Assembly: GCF_004010195.1 (NCBI RefSeq)
Contig: NC_057750.1
Span: 18,390,542 to 18,454,541 of the forward strand
DNA length: 64,000 nucleotides
DNA from: Chiloscyllium plagiosum
Lineage: Eukaryota
Direction of reading: 5' to 3'
The notes below the pieces were generated by a model. That model had not been told where the DNA came from and ran no database searches. It saw only the letters and a list, made by a program, of their open reading frames with translations. Position 1 is the stretch's first letter. The number at the start of each line of letters is the position of its first letter. Made by a program: the position numbers and the translations under genes. Of this stretch, positions 11,581 to 24,510 are shown piece by piece.

Positions 11581-13609
11581 CACCTCAGGGTTGTGGCTTA
11601 ATCCTCACTTGATCAGGTCAGCAGTAGTTTTAATCAATAGAAAGACAATCTTGGTACCTTGATGAGTACAGGTCCTGTGAAGTGTCCAACTTTCAATCAT
11701 TGCCCCCCTATACACTGATCTCCCTAATACTCTGAGCTCTACTATCGTGCAGCTCCTATAATCCATTTGCCAGAGGCCCTTGGTTGTCATGGTGTTCAGT
11801 GTAATTTAAACAGTCTGTGCTCCTTAACAGCTCCTTTACGTTGTGTTGGATTCTCTTAATGGAACCCAATTTTCCTGCTGGCTTTCCTCCTAAGAAATAT
11901 AATAAACTGACATGAGCTATTAAATGACAATGATTTTCCAAAACGTCTTTTCAAATTGAAACATCAGCCTTTGTGCTAACAGCAGCTGAGCACCAGGATG
12001 GAGTGGTAAGAGAACAAAACCCTCTAAGGGATGGGGACATCCAGCATTGACTCAGTTTTCACTAAACAAGAGCCTGGATCAGGAAGGGGGAGATCAGCCC
12101 AGTGTGTGTGGTCAATGTTGATTCCTGCTAGGGTCTCTGAGCTCAGGATCAGCAAATCACTGCTCACATTGCACAGACCTTTCAGACATGCAGAGTCTGA
12201 AGAGAGATGAGCTACCAGAGAAAGTGTTGTCACTTTACTCGAAAAACTGATATTTCGTTTTCTGCGTTATATCTCAGCATTACTGTTACAGACTATATTG
12301 AAATCCAGCTATCAGATACAAATAGAACTACCTTTATCTGTGTAATCCATTGGTAACTCCCAGTGTGAGACTAATTTCTACTCAATATCCACTTGATGAG
12401 CAATTGGGAACATTTCTGATTAATTTGTTCATTTTAACTTGTTCTTCACGCAGGGGATGCTAGATGGGTCAATTTATGGTTCATCTTTAATCGCAGCAGT
12501 CTTTGTAGTGATGAACTGTGGTAAACATGGGAAGAGGCAAGAGTAGCAACCACTTGTTTTGTGTTAATTCATAGGATGTGGGCTTTGTTGTTCATGTGGG
12601 TATTTAACTGCCCATTCCTTATTGGCATGGAGAAAGATGTAGTGAGTTATCTCCTTGAAGCACTGCAGTCAGTGTGGTGTAGATGCCAGTGCCATTAGGG
12701 AGAGAGGTCCAGGATTTTGACACAGTGACAGCGAAGGAACAGCAATATACTTTCAAGTTAGAATGGTGAGTGACCTGGAAGGGAGCTTGCAGGAATGGTT
12801 CTCCTAAGCATCTGCTATCCTTGTCCTATGTGGTGAGTTCATGATTGTGGAAGGACAATTGAAAAAACTTTGATGAGTTGCTGCAGTATATCTTGTATGT
12901 GGTATGTACAGTTGCTACTGAGCATTGGTGGTAGAGGGAATGAATTTGGAGGTGCTGAATGGGGTGCTAATAAAGCAGGCTACTTTTCCCTGGCTGATAT
13001 TGACCTCCTTCAGTGTTGCTGGAGATGGACTCAATCAGGCAAGTGGACGTATACTATAAACCGACTTACTCCCACAGCTACCTAGATTACACCTCTTCCC
13101 ACCCTGCCCCCTATAAAAAAGCCATCCCATATTCCCAATTCCTTCGCCTTTGCCGCATCTGCTCCCAGGAGGACCAATTCCAATACCGAAAAACCCAGAT
13201 GGCCTCCTTCTTCAAAGACCGCAATTGCCCCTCAGATGTAGTTGACGATGCTCTCCACCGCATCTCCTCCACTTCCCGCTCCTCCACCCTTGAACTCCGC
13301 CCCTCCAATCGCCACCAGGACAGAACGCCACTAGTCCTCACCTACCACCCCACCAACCTCCAGATACATCGGATCATCCTTCGTCATTTCCACCACCTCC
13401 AAACGTACCCCACCACCAAGGATATATTTCCCTCCCCACCAATACCAGTGTACCGGAAAGACCACTCCCTCCGTGACTCCCTCGTCAGATCCACACACCC
13501 CACCAACCCAACCTCCACTCCCGGCACCTTCCCCTGCAACCGCAAAAATTGCAAAACTTGCGCCCACACCTCCCCCCTCACTTCCCTCCAAGGCCCCAAG
13601 GGATCCTTC

Positions 13610-13751
13610 NNNNNNNNNNNNNNNNNNNNNNNNNNNNNNNNNNNNNNNNNNNNNNNNNNNNNNNNNNNNNNNNNNNNNNNNNNNNNNNNNNNNNNNNNNN
13701 NNNNNNNNNNNNNNNNNNNNNNNNNNNNNNNNNNNNNNNNNNNNNNNNNNN
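13610..13751. other. Assembly gap (142 N)
   Basis: Run of n characters. Confidence 1.
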
Positions 13752-13863
13752 CTCCGGCCTATCACCCTCACCTTAACCTCCTTCCACCTATCGCATTCCC
13801 AACGCCCCTCCCCCAAGTCCCTCCTCCCTACCTTTTATCTTAGCCTGCTTGGCACATCCTCCT

Positions 13864-13900
13864 CATTCCTGAAGAAGGGCTTATGCCCGAAACGTCGATT
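13864..13900 (+). ncRNA. Minimal hammerhead ribozyme motif
   Basis: CUGAAGA 13869-13875; helix II gggc/gccc; GAAA 13889-13892; GUC 13894-13896. Confidence 0.75.
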
Positions 13901-14479
13901 CTCCTTCTCCTTTGATGCTGCCTGACCTGCTGCGCTTTTCCAGCAACACATTTTTAAGTGGAAAGTAATCCAGCACTCTCCTGACTTATGTCTTGTAGAT
14001 GGTGAAACGTCTTAGAGAATTCAGGAGGTGAATTATTTGTTAATCCGGTTTAGTTTCTGGTTGATGGTAACCTCCAAGATGTTGATAGTGGGATGGTTCA
14101 GTGGTGGTAATGCCAGCATGTTGTTATTGCCAGTAAATGTTTTAGAAACAGGATTTATACTCTCGTTGTTTTACAAATTTAACTTAAATTGACCTTTGTA
14201 GCACTCCATTTATTGCATTCAGCCATCTTGAAAAATAATCCCTTTATTCCTATTCTGTTCCTTAATCCTCAGCCCATGTTAATATATTGAGACAATGTTC
14301 AATAATGTATGCAAGCCATGTGTCCCCAGAGGACACTGGAAGTGCCAGACAATGCAGTAGATTCCAGAGACCAGATAGTGACAGCATTCCAAACCAACCA
14401 CGAGTACGTACCAACCAGTGTAACGGTAATGAACTGTCTTTCCAACCTACATGGTAAGATGATATGTCTAAGACCAGAG

Positions 14480-14740
14480 GACATAAATGTAAGGAGAGGA
14501 GCAAATGGTTTAGAGGCGATCTGAGAAAAATGTTTTCACCAAGAGGGTTGTGGATATTTGGAACATGCTGCCTGAGAGGGTAGTGGAGAGCGGTACTCTT
14601 GCAACATTTATGAAGCATCTGGATAAAATGCCAAGGCATAGTAGTCTATGGACCAAGTGCAGATAAATGTGATTAGTTTGGTGTTTGGTGGTTGGCATAA
14701 ACATGGTGGGCTGAAGGACCTGTTTCTATGCTAAATAATT
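14480..14740 (+). mobile_element. CR1 LINE 3' end fragment
   Basis: tttagaggcgatctgagaaaaatgttttcaccaagagggttgtggatatttggaac...gggctgaaggacctgtttctatgct. Confidence 0.75.
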
Positions 14741-15519
14741 GTATGATGAGAAAAATGGAACATTGTTACATGATGTAACCAGACATTCAGCATGAATGAA
14801 GACAATCAAAGGATGCAATTCAACAGAAGCATTTGCCATCACCTGGATTATATGTCCATGGATGCAGGGGCAGTATAGATTATGCGCAAGACAAAAATCA
14901 GTGCAGGTGCAATGATGCTTCCCATTCAGTGAAGTGAATGTATCCACAGAAGCGACATCTGATGGTTCAATCCACCACTGCCAAATTAGCACACTAAGTG
15001 CTCCAAGATCTGCCTCTGGAAACTAATAAACGTTAATGTTGCTACAATAACTCACTGATCAGCACAGATATTTGATGTTGTGGTTACCATTCCTGGTATC
15101 GTATACAGAAGGATGAAGACCACAGAGATCCCCATTCTAAACTCTATGCTTACACTGGGAGAAGATTAATTGTGTTAAGTTGGTTACAATTAAATGTGAG
15201 ATATACAGATCATATATGGATACTGGAATCTTTCTAATCAATCCGCTACAATGTGACCCTGCAGTACCATACTTTGTTCACTAGAGGCACTGTTTCTCCA
15301 TTTCTTTGGCCGATTGAACTGGAAAACCCCACCCTCGTACATTATGAATGCACACATCATTCACTGATCTACAAGAAGCTGTTAATCCCAAACCGGGAGA
15401 AGGTGTTTGGGATACCTGACAGCAATGAAATTATGTGATCCATATGTCCTAGAAATTACTCACAATTATGGGTGGACATAGCAGGATCAAAGAGAACATG
15501 ACATTTTTTTTTAAAAATC

Positions 15520-15850
15520 AAGTTGCATTTTTCTAGTGCCTTTACCACATTAGGATGTCCCAAAGTGTTTCACAGCCAATGAAGTGTTTTACTTGAAGTT
15601 CACGCGCAGTTATAATGTAATAAACACTGCTTCCACAAACATAAATATGGGAATGAGCTTGATCATCAGTTAGAGCCCTGGTGGAAAGATAACATTGGTC
15701 CCACACAACCTGCGAGAACCCAGCATACTCTTCTTCAAAATACTGGTTGAGGGATCTCCAACAGGTTCTTGAAAGGGCAGCAGAAGCTTAGTTTAATGTC
15801 TCAACCAAAAGACAACACCTCTGGCTGTGCAGCATTCCATCAGTGCTGAC
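15520..15850 (-). mobile_element. Deu-domain SINE (SacSINE1-like) with L2-type tail
   Basis: Reverse tail ttgcatttttctagtgcctt...ggatgtcccaaagtg, and Deu-like core ctcttcttcaaaata...gggatct...gtttaatgtctcaaccaaaagacaacacctct. Confidence 0.7.
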
Positions 15851-16165
15851 CCACTGAGAATGCAGCATTCCTTCAGTACTGATTCTCCAACTGTGCAGCA
15901 CTCCCTTAGTACTGACCCTTGAACATGCAGCATTCACTCAGTACTGACAATCTAACAGTGCAGCACTTGCAACACTGACCTCCAACAAATCAGCATTCCT
16001 TCAGTATTGGCCCTTAAACTGTACAGAATGTCCTCAATACTGACCCTTTGCACACCCATGCAGCACTGAATCTCCATTCGGGCAGCCCCCCTCAGTGCAG
16101 ACCTTCACTGCAGCATTCCATTAGTATGATCCCTCAACATTGTACCTTGACAGTATTGCATTGCC
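15825..16165. repeat. Degenerate ~33-bp minisatellite (consensus ~cagtgcagcattccctcagtactgaccctctaa), ~10 units
   Basis: Units such as ctgtgcagcattccatcagtgctgacccactga / gaatgcagcattccttcagtactgattctccaa / ctgtgcagcactcccttagtactgacccttgaa. Confidence 0.85.
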
Positions 16166-18129
16166 ACAGTTTTGATCATTTGGGTCCCTTTAATACGTGA
16201 ACCAGTCTCTGGGTTAATTTGCCTCCCTACTTCGCTTCCTGTTACCTCGGCGGTTATGAATGGTTTTACTCAAGCAAACATTCTGTATCCTGGAAGGAGA
16301 GAAAGGAGAAATTGATGATGGCAGATTCTTCCCAAGCAACGATCATGGAAAAATTAGTACCGGTGTTGACAGATATGATTGTCAGTGAGTGAATTCTTGA
16401 TCAGCAGGACTTATGTAGTTATTACACAGGAGTGTTTTTAGGCTGAACAGTGTCCTTCCAGTGTCTTGTCTTCAACAGTCTTGGGTTTGTTACAAATGTG
16501 TAATTACTCTCCCCTTGATGTTGAGCACCAATTGTCTCTGTTTTTAATCTCCCACATCCACCATTGCCAGCCAAAGAGAGAGAGAGAGATTGTCCTGTCA
16601 CCTAATCTTTGAAGCCCTTGTGACATGCAGATTTATCTTGCATGGTTCACCATGCTGAAATCCTCATGTGTGATAACGTCCTGTTGAACACAACTGGTAT
16701 TGTATTGCAAGTTAGACAGTAAGACTCAAGCATAACAAGTGTAACTGGAAACAAAGCCGATTTCTCAATAAGAAGTTAACAAAGCATTGAGTTGACAATC
16801 TTAATGATATTTTAAAAGCTTTTGATAACTAATTTCTACAAATGAAGTTCTGGATAGAACAAGATTCAATTGAAGAATCCAGAATCTTCGTAAATAAATA
16901 TGTAATATTATTAATGATTCCCACCGATTAGATGAGAGATGTGAGTATGGAGATTTGAAGAAAGGTCAAGAGATCAGAGACCACAAAATTGTATGTCTTT
17001 CTGGTGAGTCCTTGTCAAATTTATTGCGGTCAAAAAAAGACCTCAATCTGGAGAAAGCTGGTAAGAGAGATGTCCAGAAGTGGAGCAGTTCAATTCTCAA
17101 AGGAGTAGAAAAAACTTTGTACAGATCTTCAATGGAACCTATTTATTTCCTTAAGATCAAGATGGTAAAATAAGTGAAAAAGAAAAAAAATACAGCTGGG
17201 TGACAAATGCAAGATGTCAAGAATCACTGTTGATGCTGCAGTACTGTAAAAACTTAAAAGGCAGGAGCAGAGTCCTTCCTGCCATTGAAGCAAGCTATTT
17301 TAACTGCAAGAAATAGCTCATTTTCAGGAATGTGTAAAATCAGAACATTGTCACTGAACAACCATAAAAATAAAGTCTTCACTCATAAATTTACCAACAA
17401 AGTCTACAGTTATTAAGTTTGCGTAGATTTTCATTGATGTTAAACCAGAAGGTTTAATGATCCTGATCGAATATCTCCACACATGTATATTTAGGTCAAT
17501 GGGCTTCTTATAAACTTCAAATTAGACACAGGAGCAAGAGGAGCAATCATGTCAGGTAGAGAACCTTGGTTAGCAAAACAGTGCATACAACCAAGAGAAA
17601 TCCAGTCATGTCATCCAGGAGACTTAGAATTAAAAGTTAACAGTATGCTGCATGTAACTGTCCAATGCAGACAGAATAAATAATAAAAAGTTAACATATT
17701 TGCATCATCAAAATGTTTTATTCTTCAGCAGAGGAATTTGAATTGATCTGAATCTTGTTCAGAATATTGAAGAATTTAGCGAACAGAAGGAACTCACCAT
17801 ATTACCTCCAAGAATATAAAGATTTAATTTAAGATCGATGAGATTTGTTTGTGACACACTTTAAGGACAAAGCAAACTGCACACAACAGCAGATGCACTT
17901 TCTAGAGCAAATGTATGACACAATGAGATGTTAGGTTTACCAAGGAGACTTATTGTACATTCAGTCTACTTCAACACAATGGCCATCAAGTCAGAATAGA
18001 TTCAATAAATTCATCAGGAACAGATGCAGGATCAGGAATCATCAAATTCCATCAATATTGTACAGTACAGAGGGTGAACCGAACCAACTACCTGGTTGTA
18101 TAATCATAGTAATTACTTTGAACCCAAAA

Positions 18130-18480
18130 ACACTCTTGTCAACAGAACAGAGAAAGTTCACTCGATTGATATCTGGAATGGGAGCTGGGGAGAGCATTAT
18201 TATTTGAGGGAGTGTTGGACTGGCTAGGTTTATATCCATTGAAGTTTCAAACATTGACACAGATAAGAATTTGATAAGGTGGATCCCGAAAAGATGTTTC
18301 CCATTATGGGAGAATATAGAAGTATGGGAGACAGTTGGAACTCTATCCCAGAGTCAGGTGGATTGACTATTTTTAAGGCAGAAGTAGCTAGATTCTTGAC
18401 AAACCAGGGAGTCAAAGTATATCAGGGGTAGGAGGGAATTTGATGATGAGGCATCACATAATCTTATTGAATTCTGGGGC
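18130..18480 (+). mobile_element. CR1 3' fragment nested in Gypsy
   Basis: gataaggtggatcccgaaaagatgtttcccattatgggaga...tttttaaggcagaagtagctagattcttg. Confidence 0.65.
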
Positions 18481-18636
18481 TGCCTCACGGAAACAAATTC
18501 CAATTTGTATGTCATACGTCTACAATGAGAGATTAGTTTTTCCAACTTCAGAGAAGCCATATCATGATTAAATAGACATCACCAAATGGAGAGCAAGGAC
18601 TCAGATATTGTGTTTTGGCCTAGAATTTTGAGGGAA

Positions 18637-18870
18637 TGTGAAATAATTGCACAGAGACTGGTAGCCCGTTTCCAAGTCACCCTTTATTTACATGTGGACA
18701 GAACATGAGAGCTGACCAAGCAGCTCAGAGCCAGTCCTTGGAATAAGGAGACTTTCTGAATTTCCCATTCATGTCTGTCAGCCAGGGCTCACTGATTGAC
18801 ATGGGTGAATAACCCCAATCAATGATCTCATAGTCAATGAGATCCACCTGGCCCTCGTTCCAATCACTTA
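18637..18870 (-). mobile_element. Probable short solo LTR nested in the Gypsy integrase relic
   Basis: Begins tgtgaaataa, has tttatt (reverse polyA signal) and interrupts integrase-like sequence. No clean TSD seen. Confidence 0.4.
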
Positions 18871-19504
18871 TGAAGAAATTTGATCCAAATCTTGTTTTTT
18901 AAAGATCATGTGGATCCATCATGTGAATCTTAAGAAATTTTGCAAAGTAAAAAGCATTGGTTATGACAGTAACAATGTTGCACATTCAAGGAACAAGGAG
19001 CTTGAATGGAGTTATACAGTCTGGAGATTTAAAGAGAAATTATGCTACCCAGCTTGTGAGCGGGATAAGATTACTTTTTTTTTGTTGAGCTCAATTGGTG
19101 AGAATTTGCCCCGCCTGAAAAGGCATAACTTATTGCTTTCTCTCTTTCATTCTTTGCAACCCCTTTCAGTAAAGGACATGAAAACCCAGGAAAGAATTCC
19201 TGGGAATCTACTCCACCATTTGAAGTAAAGGAATTCAGTCAAATACAACAGTTCCAAGAAGGAATCACAAAACCTGTGTGTCCAAAATAGCTTAAGAACC
19301 AGAACACTACTTGGCACAATCTGTGAGTTATTCTTTCTCCATGAGTTTTAACTATTACTTGGCCAAAGTACTTTAAAGTTAATATTTTTCATTTTTCTGT
19401 TTCTCTTCTGACTTGTGTCCTTGTGTCTGCGCATGTGTGCACGCTGTAGGCTAAAACAACTTGGATGATTTGTTCCTAACATTGAACTTGACACAGATTG
19501 AGAC

Positions 19505-19935
19505 CTATACAATTTGCTACACCTATGTGTGGAGCCTGAAGAGGTATGTGAGGTCCTAAATGAATACTTTGTGTCAGAGGAGGAATTGGTGGAGGATGAG
19601 CTCAGGGAAGGGAGTGTCAAATTTCTAGTCCAAGTTACTATTAAAAAGGAAGAGGTGTTGTGCATTTTAAAAAGTATTAAGGTAAATAAGTCCCTGTATC
19701 CTGATGGGATCTATCCCAGAATATTGAGGGAGGCAAGAAAACAAATTGCTGGAGCATTGACAGACATCTTTGTATCCTCTTCGGCCACACGTGAGTTCCC
19801 AGAGGACTGGATGATAGCCAATGTTGTCCCATTGTTTAAGAAGAGTGGCAGGGATAATCTAGGAAATTACAGGTCTATGAGCCTCATGTCAGTGGTAGGG
19901 AAATTATTGGAAAAGCTTCTCAGAGACAAGATCCA
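19505..19935 (+). mobile_element. CR1 ORF2 internal fragment
   Basis: ORF EVLNEYFVS...KSLYPDGIYPRILRE...PEDWMIANVVPLFKK...NYRSMSLMSVVGKLLE. Confidence 0.9.
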
Positions 19936-21229
19936 TATACAATTCATCTAGATGAATTGAAAGTAAAAGCTTTTATATTATGAATGTAGAAGGAGTCATC
20001 AAATTATTGAAAGAAATATATTTGCAACCCATACAATTCCACATTTTGTAAATATTCACATTTTTGAGTACTTTGCAGGAAATAGTGGATTCCAACCTAT
20101 CACAAGTTCACCAAGACATCACAGTAAAGCTGAACAAGAAATCAGAACTATCAAGTCACTTTTGTAAAACAAGAAAAATTTTCAAACAGTATTATTGAAC
20201 TGTAATTTTGACTGGCGCCTTTTGCATTATTGGTGGGAACAAAACTCAAAACTTAACTTTCTATTCTACCTAAACAATTCTTTCCAAGATTATAAGCCAA
20301 AAAATCCAAGACAAAGAGAAATCTTGCAGAAAGCAACAAGCCAGGAATTACAGGACATATCATATGAAGAATTTACTAAAATTCTGGGAAGGTCAAACGA
20401 TATGGATTTGTGATCAAACCTGAGATGGTATTATTAGCCAGAACAATAAAATTCAACAAAAACTTATATAATATGGAAAAGCAGAAGATACTGTAAGATT
20501 AAGTAATCTTATTTCAAAATATCAAGAAATTCAGTTACATATTGGGATGAACCATATAGAACCCTGAAATCTGTGAGGAATAGGAAAACTCAAACCTTCA
20601 GGAAGACTAACACCCAAGTCAATAACCAAGTAATACAAGAAAGACTACAGTTATTCCATGCCAGAAGAAACCATATTCAGGAAAAGTTGTTAACCTCCAA
20701 ACTGACTGACTATACCAAGTCAGATACTTATAGGGAAGTGGCGTAGTAAGTAATTGTTAACATACAAAGATGAGTGTATGTAATAATGAAATAATAAATG
20801 GGACAAAGCCTTGGGGAGCGATATTGTATATGGGTCTGGAAATGTTAGTATCTGGAGGAGTGTGATTAACACCACCCACTGTGATAATATCACACAGACA
20901 TAAGGAGTCAGTCTGACATAGTCAGTGGAGAGGACTTATAGAACTAACAGTGGCAGTGATAAAAGTGCTCATGTAACCTGCACAGAGAAACTATGAAGAA
21001 TCAAATTTAAATAAACTGAAAGATTAGTTGAGTTGAAATTGTCAGCTATTTCCAAATCCTATAAAATGATGTCTGTGTTAGGCCAAAAAGTTGGTCTGGT
21101 ATCGCTCGATTAATCAAACTTGTGCAAGCTTGTCATATGACCACACCAACTAATCAGACTGAAGTTCGGCTATGCTGGAGTGTAGAATCACAGAACTCTG
21201 CCTAAGCCCTCATTTAACGTCAAGATCTC

Positions 21230-22090
21230 CCCATGAAAGGATGGTTTAACTCTGCAAATATAGCAAAACCTATGAGAAGGTCAATGGGTTCATGGAGAGG
21301 AAGTGAAGTTGATACAAGCGGAAGACTGTGGCAGGAAATGGAAAGTGGACGTCACTAAAAAGTTACTATCGTATCGGTCAACCATTCCAAAATACAAGGC
21401 AAACATCCTGCAAGTTTGACAAGCTGCCATTGAGAAAGAGGATCTTAACGGCTTCCTAACCTCATTTGCAGAGGTTCAGTTCACATGGTTCAAGACTGCT
21501 CAATTAGACAATATTCCCATCTCTGGTCCAATCCTGTAGGAAAGGGGATTCACTCTAGTAAAGAGGCTGGGCTATGTGGAGTTCACCAGAAGCCGTGGAT
21601 GGCTGAACTGATTCAAAACAAGACATGGCCTTATCAAACTTGCAGTCACTGGTGACGGTGCATCGGTTATAGCAACAGTGATAGATTGACTGCAAAATAG
21701 TCTCCCCTTCATCCTGATAAGTATGCATCTTGAGATGTTTTAACTCAGATGATTGTGGATAATTTTACCATCTTTTCCCAGATTGCTTAAAAATGTTATA
21801 GTGGGAAATGGAGTAAGGAATGTATCATTGTTATGATGTATGTCAACATGATGACATTGAGAACCTGCTGCTTTTTGTGATAGGAAAGTCGAGGAAGTCA
21901 TGTTTCTTTGTGAATGTCAAGGTATTACTCATGCAGTGTGAGGCTAACAAAACTGCTTGGATGACTGCTACCATTTTTTGAGACATGGATCGGGAACATT
22001 GCCATAATGTATCAATGGAAGTAAATGAAGACATTACATATCATTGCATATTTTGTCCTGCACATTCTGACACTGCAGATATTGAGCATC
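21230..22090 (+). pseudogene. Tigger/pogo (Tc1-mariner superfamily) transposase relic
   Basis: CENP-B HTH motif EFTRSRGWLN*FKTRHGL...TGDGASV (~21580-21670). DDE-region motifs FNSDDCG*FY, LFVIGKSRK, ANKTAWMT and CPAH, with stops and frameshifts. Confidence 0.85.
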
Positions 22091-24275
22091 AAGCTGAAGT
22101 CCCTATAAGACTCCCAAAGCAAGCTCTCTCTGCCAATCTTCAATACAACAAATGGCCACCAAGAGAAGTACTTCAAGGATGCTCTCAGATCCTCTTTGGA
22201 AATAATTCAATGCTTCAACTGACTCATGGAAATCTCTACCCCAGGGCGACCCAATTTGGAGATGGAAGTAAAGGAGCTAGCCATTTTGAGCATCTCTGAC
22301 CAGCTATGATGGAGGCCAAGTGGAAACAGCTGAAGGAACTTGCAAACATTCAAGCATCCCAGTCATCCTCCTTTTCAAGTACCATCTGCCTCACCGGAGG
22401 ATATGAATCCAGCTTTGGATTGTTTAATTTCCTCAGGACCCATAAGTCTGGGAAGAAAGTCATCATGGATCCCAAGGGATTTTCTAAGGAAGAGAAAGTA
22501 AGACTTATGAAACTGAGACACTCTTAAAATATCTGATGGGAAAAATATCAGCGACATGACATTATTAGATTGCTTCATGTTTGGTAAAAATGGGAGAAGA
22601 CCATGCAAACTCAGAAAACAAGCAAGAAAAATGAGGGATTTTCAAGCGAGTGTATTTGAAGTATCGACCTGTTTAAAATAAAGATGAAGACTGCTGTTTA
22701 GTTTTGCAGTGAAAGATGCAAACACTTCTCTTATGTTATGTACTCGTGTGAAAGTTTGTAAGTTCAACACAGGGAAGACCATTGGAAGCAGTTTGAGCTG
22801 TTGTTCATGCTGTATATTAGACTTGAATTAACAACAAGTTGAGGAATCAAATAAAGAATCCATTTGAAATGAGGAGAATTGCATCCATGATATAAAATTG
22901 ATGTGCATTTGGTAGTCTTGTTGAAATCAACTGCACTCATTACTTATCTTTGTCATAATTTTGTACTTTGGTTTAAATTTGGCACGTTTTCTGCAGGCAG
23001 TATAATATTCAGATACCTTCTGGGAAATTGCCTTTGTTTTAAGTTCTCTGCAAGTTCAACGATCGATGGACACAAATCCAGATTTGAACCCCAGCTTGTA
23101 TTAATTGATGTCAGTGACAATGTCTATTCATTACCATTTCTCTGCACAAGTGTGGACGTCTAACAATGTTCAGGTTTGTGCAAGGAAATAACAGATGCGG
23201 AATGGAGGCTGTATCAGATTTTGAACTAAAGAAAAATAGAGTGATTTCTTGATTACAGTTTTACAAGTATTAATTCCAAAGCTTGACTTACAAACCTTTA
23301 GGACAAAAAAAACTTGTTAAACGAGGTCAGGGTAAATAACTCGACAATATTGTTTCCAAACTTTCTAATGACTGAAAGACTATCTCTTGTAAATTAAACT
23401 TGGCTAAGTTGCTGGGATGAGACACAAAATCAAGGGAGAGAACAATAGTAAAGCAGTAAGAAAGGAAGCAACATTATAATGTAGTAATAGAGGGGCACTG
23501 ATACAATAATGCAGCCGCAAATGTAGAAAGAGAGGGACACTAATACAACAAGAGAGAAGCACTAGTGCTTTATAAAGACTAGTCCTTAGACTTAGATAGG
23601 CTGAACCACAAAGTGTTCTGATCAAATACAAACAGATTTTCCTGGAAAATTGACTGTGAGCGGTCTCACCCGATGGATGATTGATGGAGCAAAAGAAAGA
23701 AAGGTGGGTAGCTTTCCTGTAAGGAATTAAGTCATCCTTTAAACAAAGAATATCATCCATTACTAATGTGATTTTAAAAGAAATTTCATAGCTCAGTATG
23801 GTCAATCAATAAAGGAAATTAAGTCCACCTCCTGAGAAAAGAGTGTAAAAGTTTTAACAGGCTGGAGAGGAAAGATATCCTCTCAAATTCAGCTTTTGTT
23901 ATAACTTTTGCCTCTGATGTTTTTTTGCTGATGCCAAGAACAACATCTTAAAGTCAATGAGAGATAGTAAAACACCACTGCTTTTGTTTCTGTTCATGGA
24001 GCCTTTGAATTTTTGTCATTTGCTGAAGTTGATGTGTTCATTATCTCCAGACAGTTGGACTGACAGTAGATTTGCTCTCAGGCCATTTCACATGTCCATT
24101 TTTTGGGATTGGATAGTTAGGTAAAGTTTCCTTTTCCCCTTGCTCCCTCCTCCTACAGTGCATTTCGCCATGATTTTTAAAACTGAAGCTGGGATAAGGA
24201 AGAATGTTCTCTGTTCTATAATGTGTTCATCAGCCTCAGTGCTGGCAAGATTACCTTGAGTCTCTGTAGATTATG

Positions 24276-24510
24276 AGGAGAAAGTGAGGTCTGCAGATGC
24301 TGGAGATCAGAGATGGAAATGTGTTGCTGGAAAAGCGCAGCAGGTCAGGCAGCATCTAGGGAACAGGAGAATCGACGTTTCGGGCATTAGCCCTTCTTCA
24401 GGAATCTTGAATCTTCCTGAAGAAGGGCTAATGCCCGAAACGTCGATTCTCCTGTTCCCTAGATGCTGCCTGACCTGCTGCGCTTTTCCAGCAACACATT
24501 TCCATCTCTG
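24276..24510. mobile_element. Non-coding palindromic mini-PLE: two inverted pLTR arms, each with a hammerhead
   Basis: Perfect 97-bp inverted repeat 24308-24404 / 24414-24510 with a 9-nt spacer, plus a 32-nt extension at 24276-24307. Flanking direct repeat tctctgtagattatg at 24261-24275 and 24505-24519. Confidence 0.92.

Larger units (their letters stand above)
13048..13955 (+). mobile_element. Young 5'-truncated Neptune-type PLE (RT thumb, linker, gap, pLTR with hammerhead)
   Basis: Open frame VDVYYKPTYSHSYLDYTSSHP...KAIPYSQFLRLCRICS...RTPLVLTYHP...SLRDSLVRS...GTFPCNRKNCKTC. pLTR at ~13752-13955. Flanked by AAGTGGA at 13041-13047 and 13956-13962. Confidence 0.92.
12560..14135 (-). mobile_element. 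3' part of a CR1-like LINE (family of 41620-42760 and 61040-61650), split by a PLE insertion
   Basis: Collinear with the reverse complement of 42200-42760; the host reads continuously across caggc-AAGTGGA|...|AAGTGGA-aagtaatcc. Confidence 0.7.
16690..21060 (+). mobile_element. Heavily decayed Gypsy/Ty3 LTR retrotransposon with nested insertions
   Basis: Gag-like EIRDHKIV...ESLSNLLRSKKDLNLEKA (~16970-17060); knuckle-like relic ~17275-17335; protease NFKLDTGA (D at 17525); integrase Zn-region ITKWRAR...VFWP (~18580); integrase core GFQPITSSPRH...AEQEIRTIKSLL (~20090-20165); PPT-like ggggag and LTR-like segment ~20815-21060. Confidence 0.75.

Noticed and set aside
13331..13925. ORFs spanning the N run
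   Set aside because: Open only because N codons are not stops; antisense or alternative frames of the PLE.
15825..16165. CRISPR-like array of ~33-bp repeats
   Set aside because: Units are directly tandem and degenerate with no unique spacers, there are no cas genes, and the context is vertebrate. It is a minisatellite.
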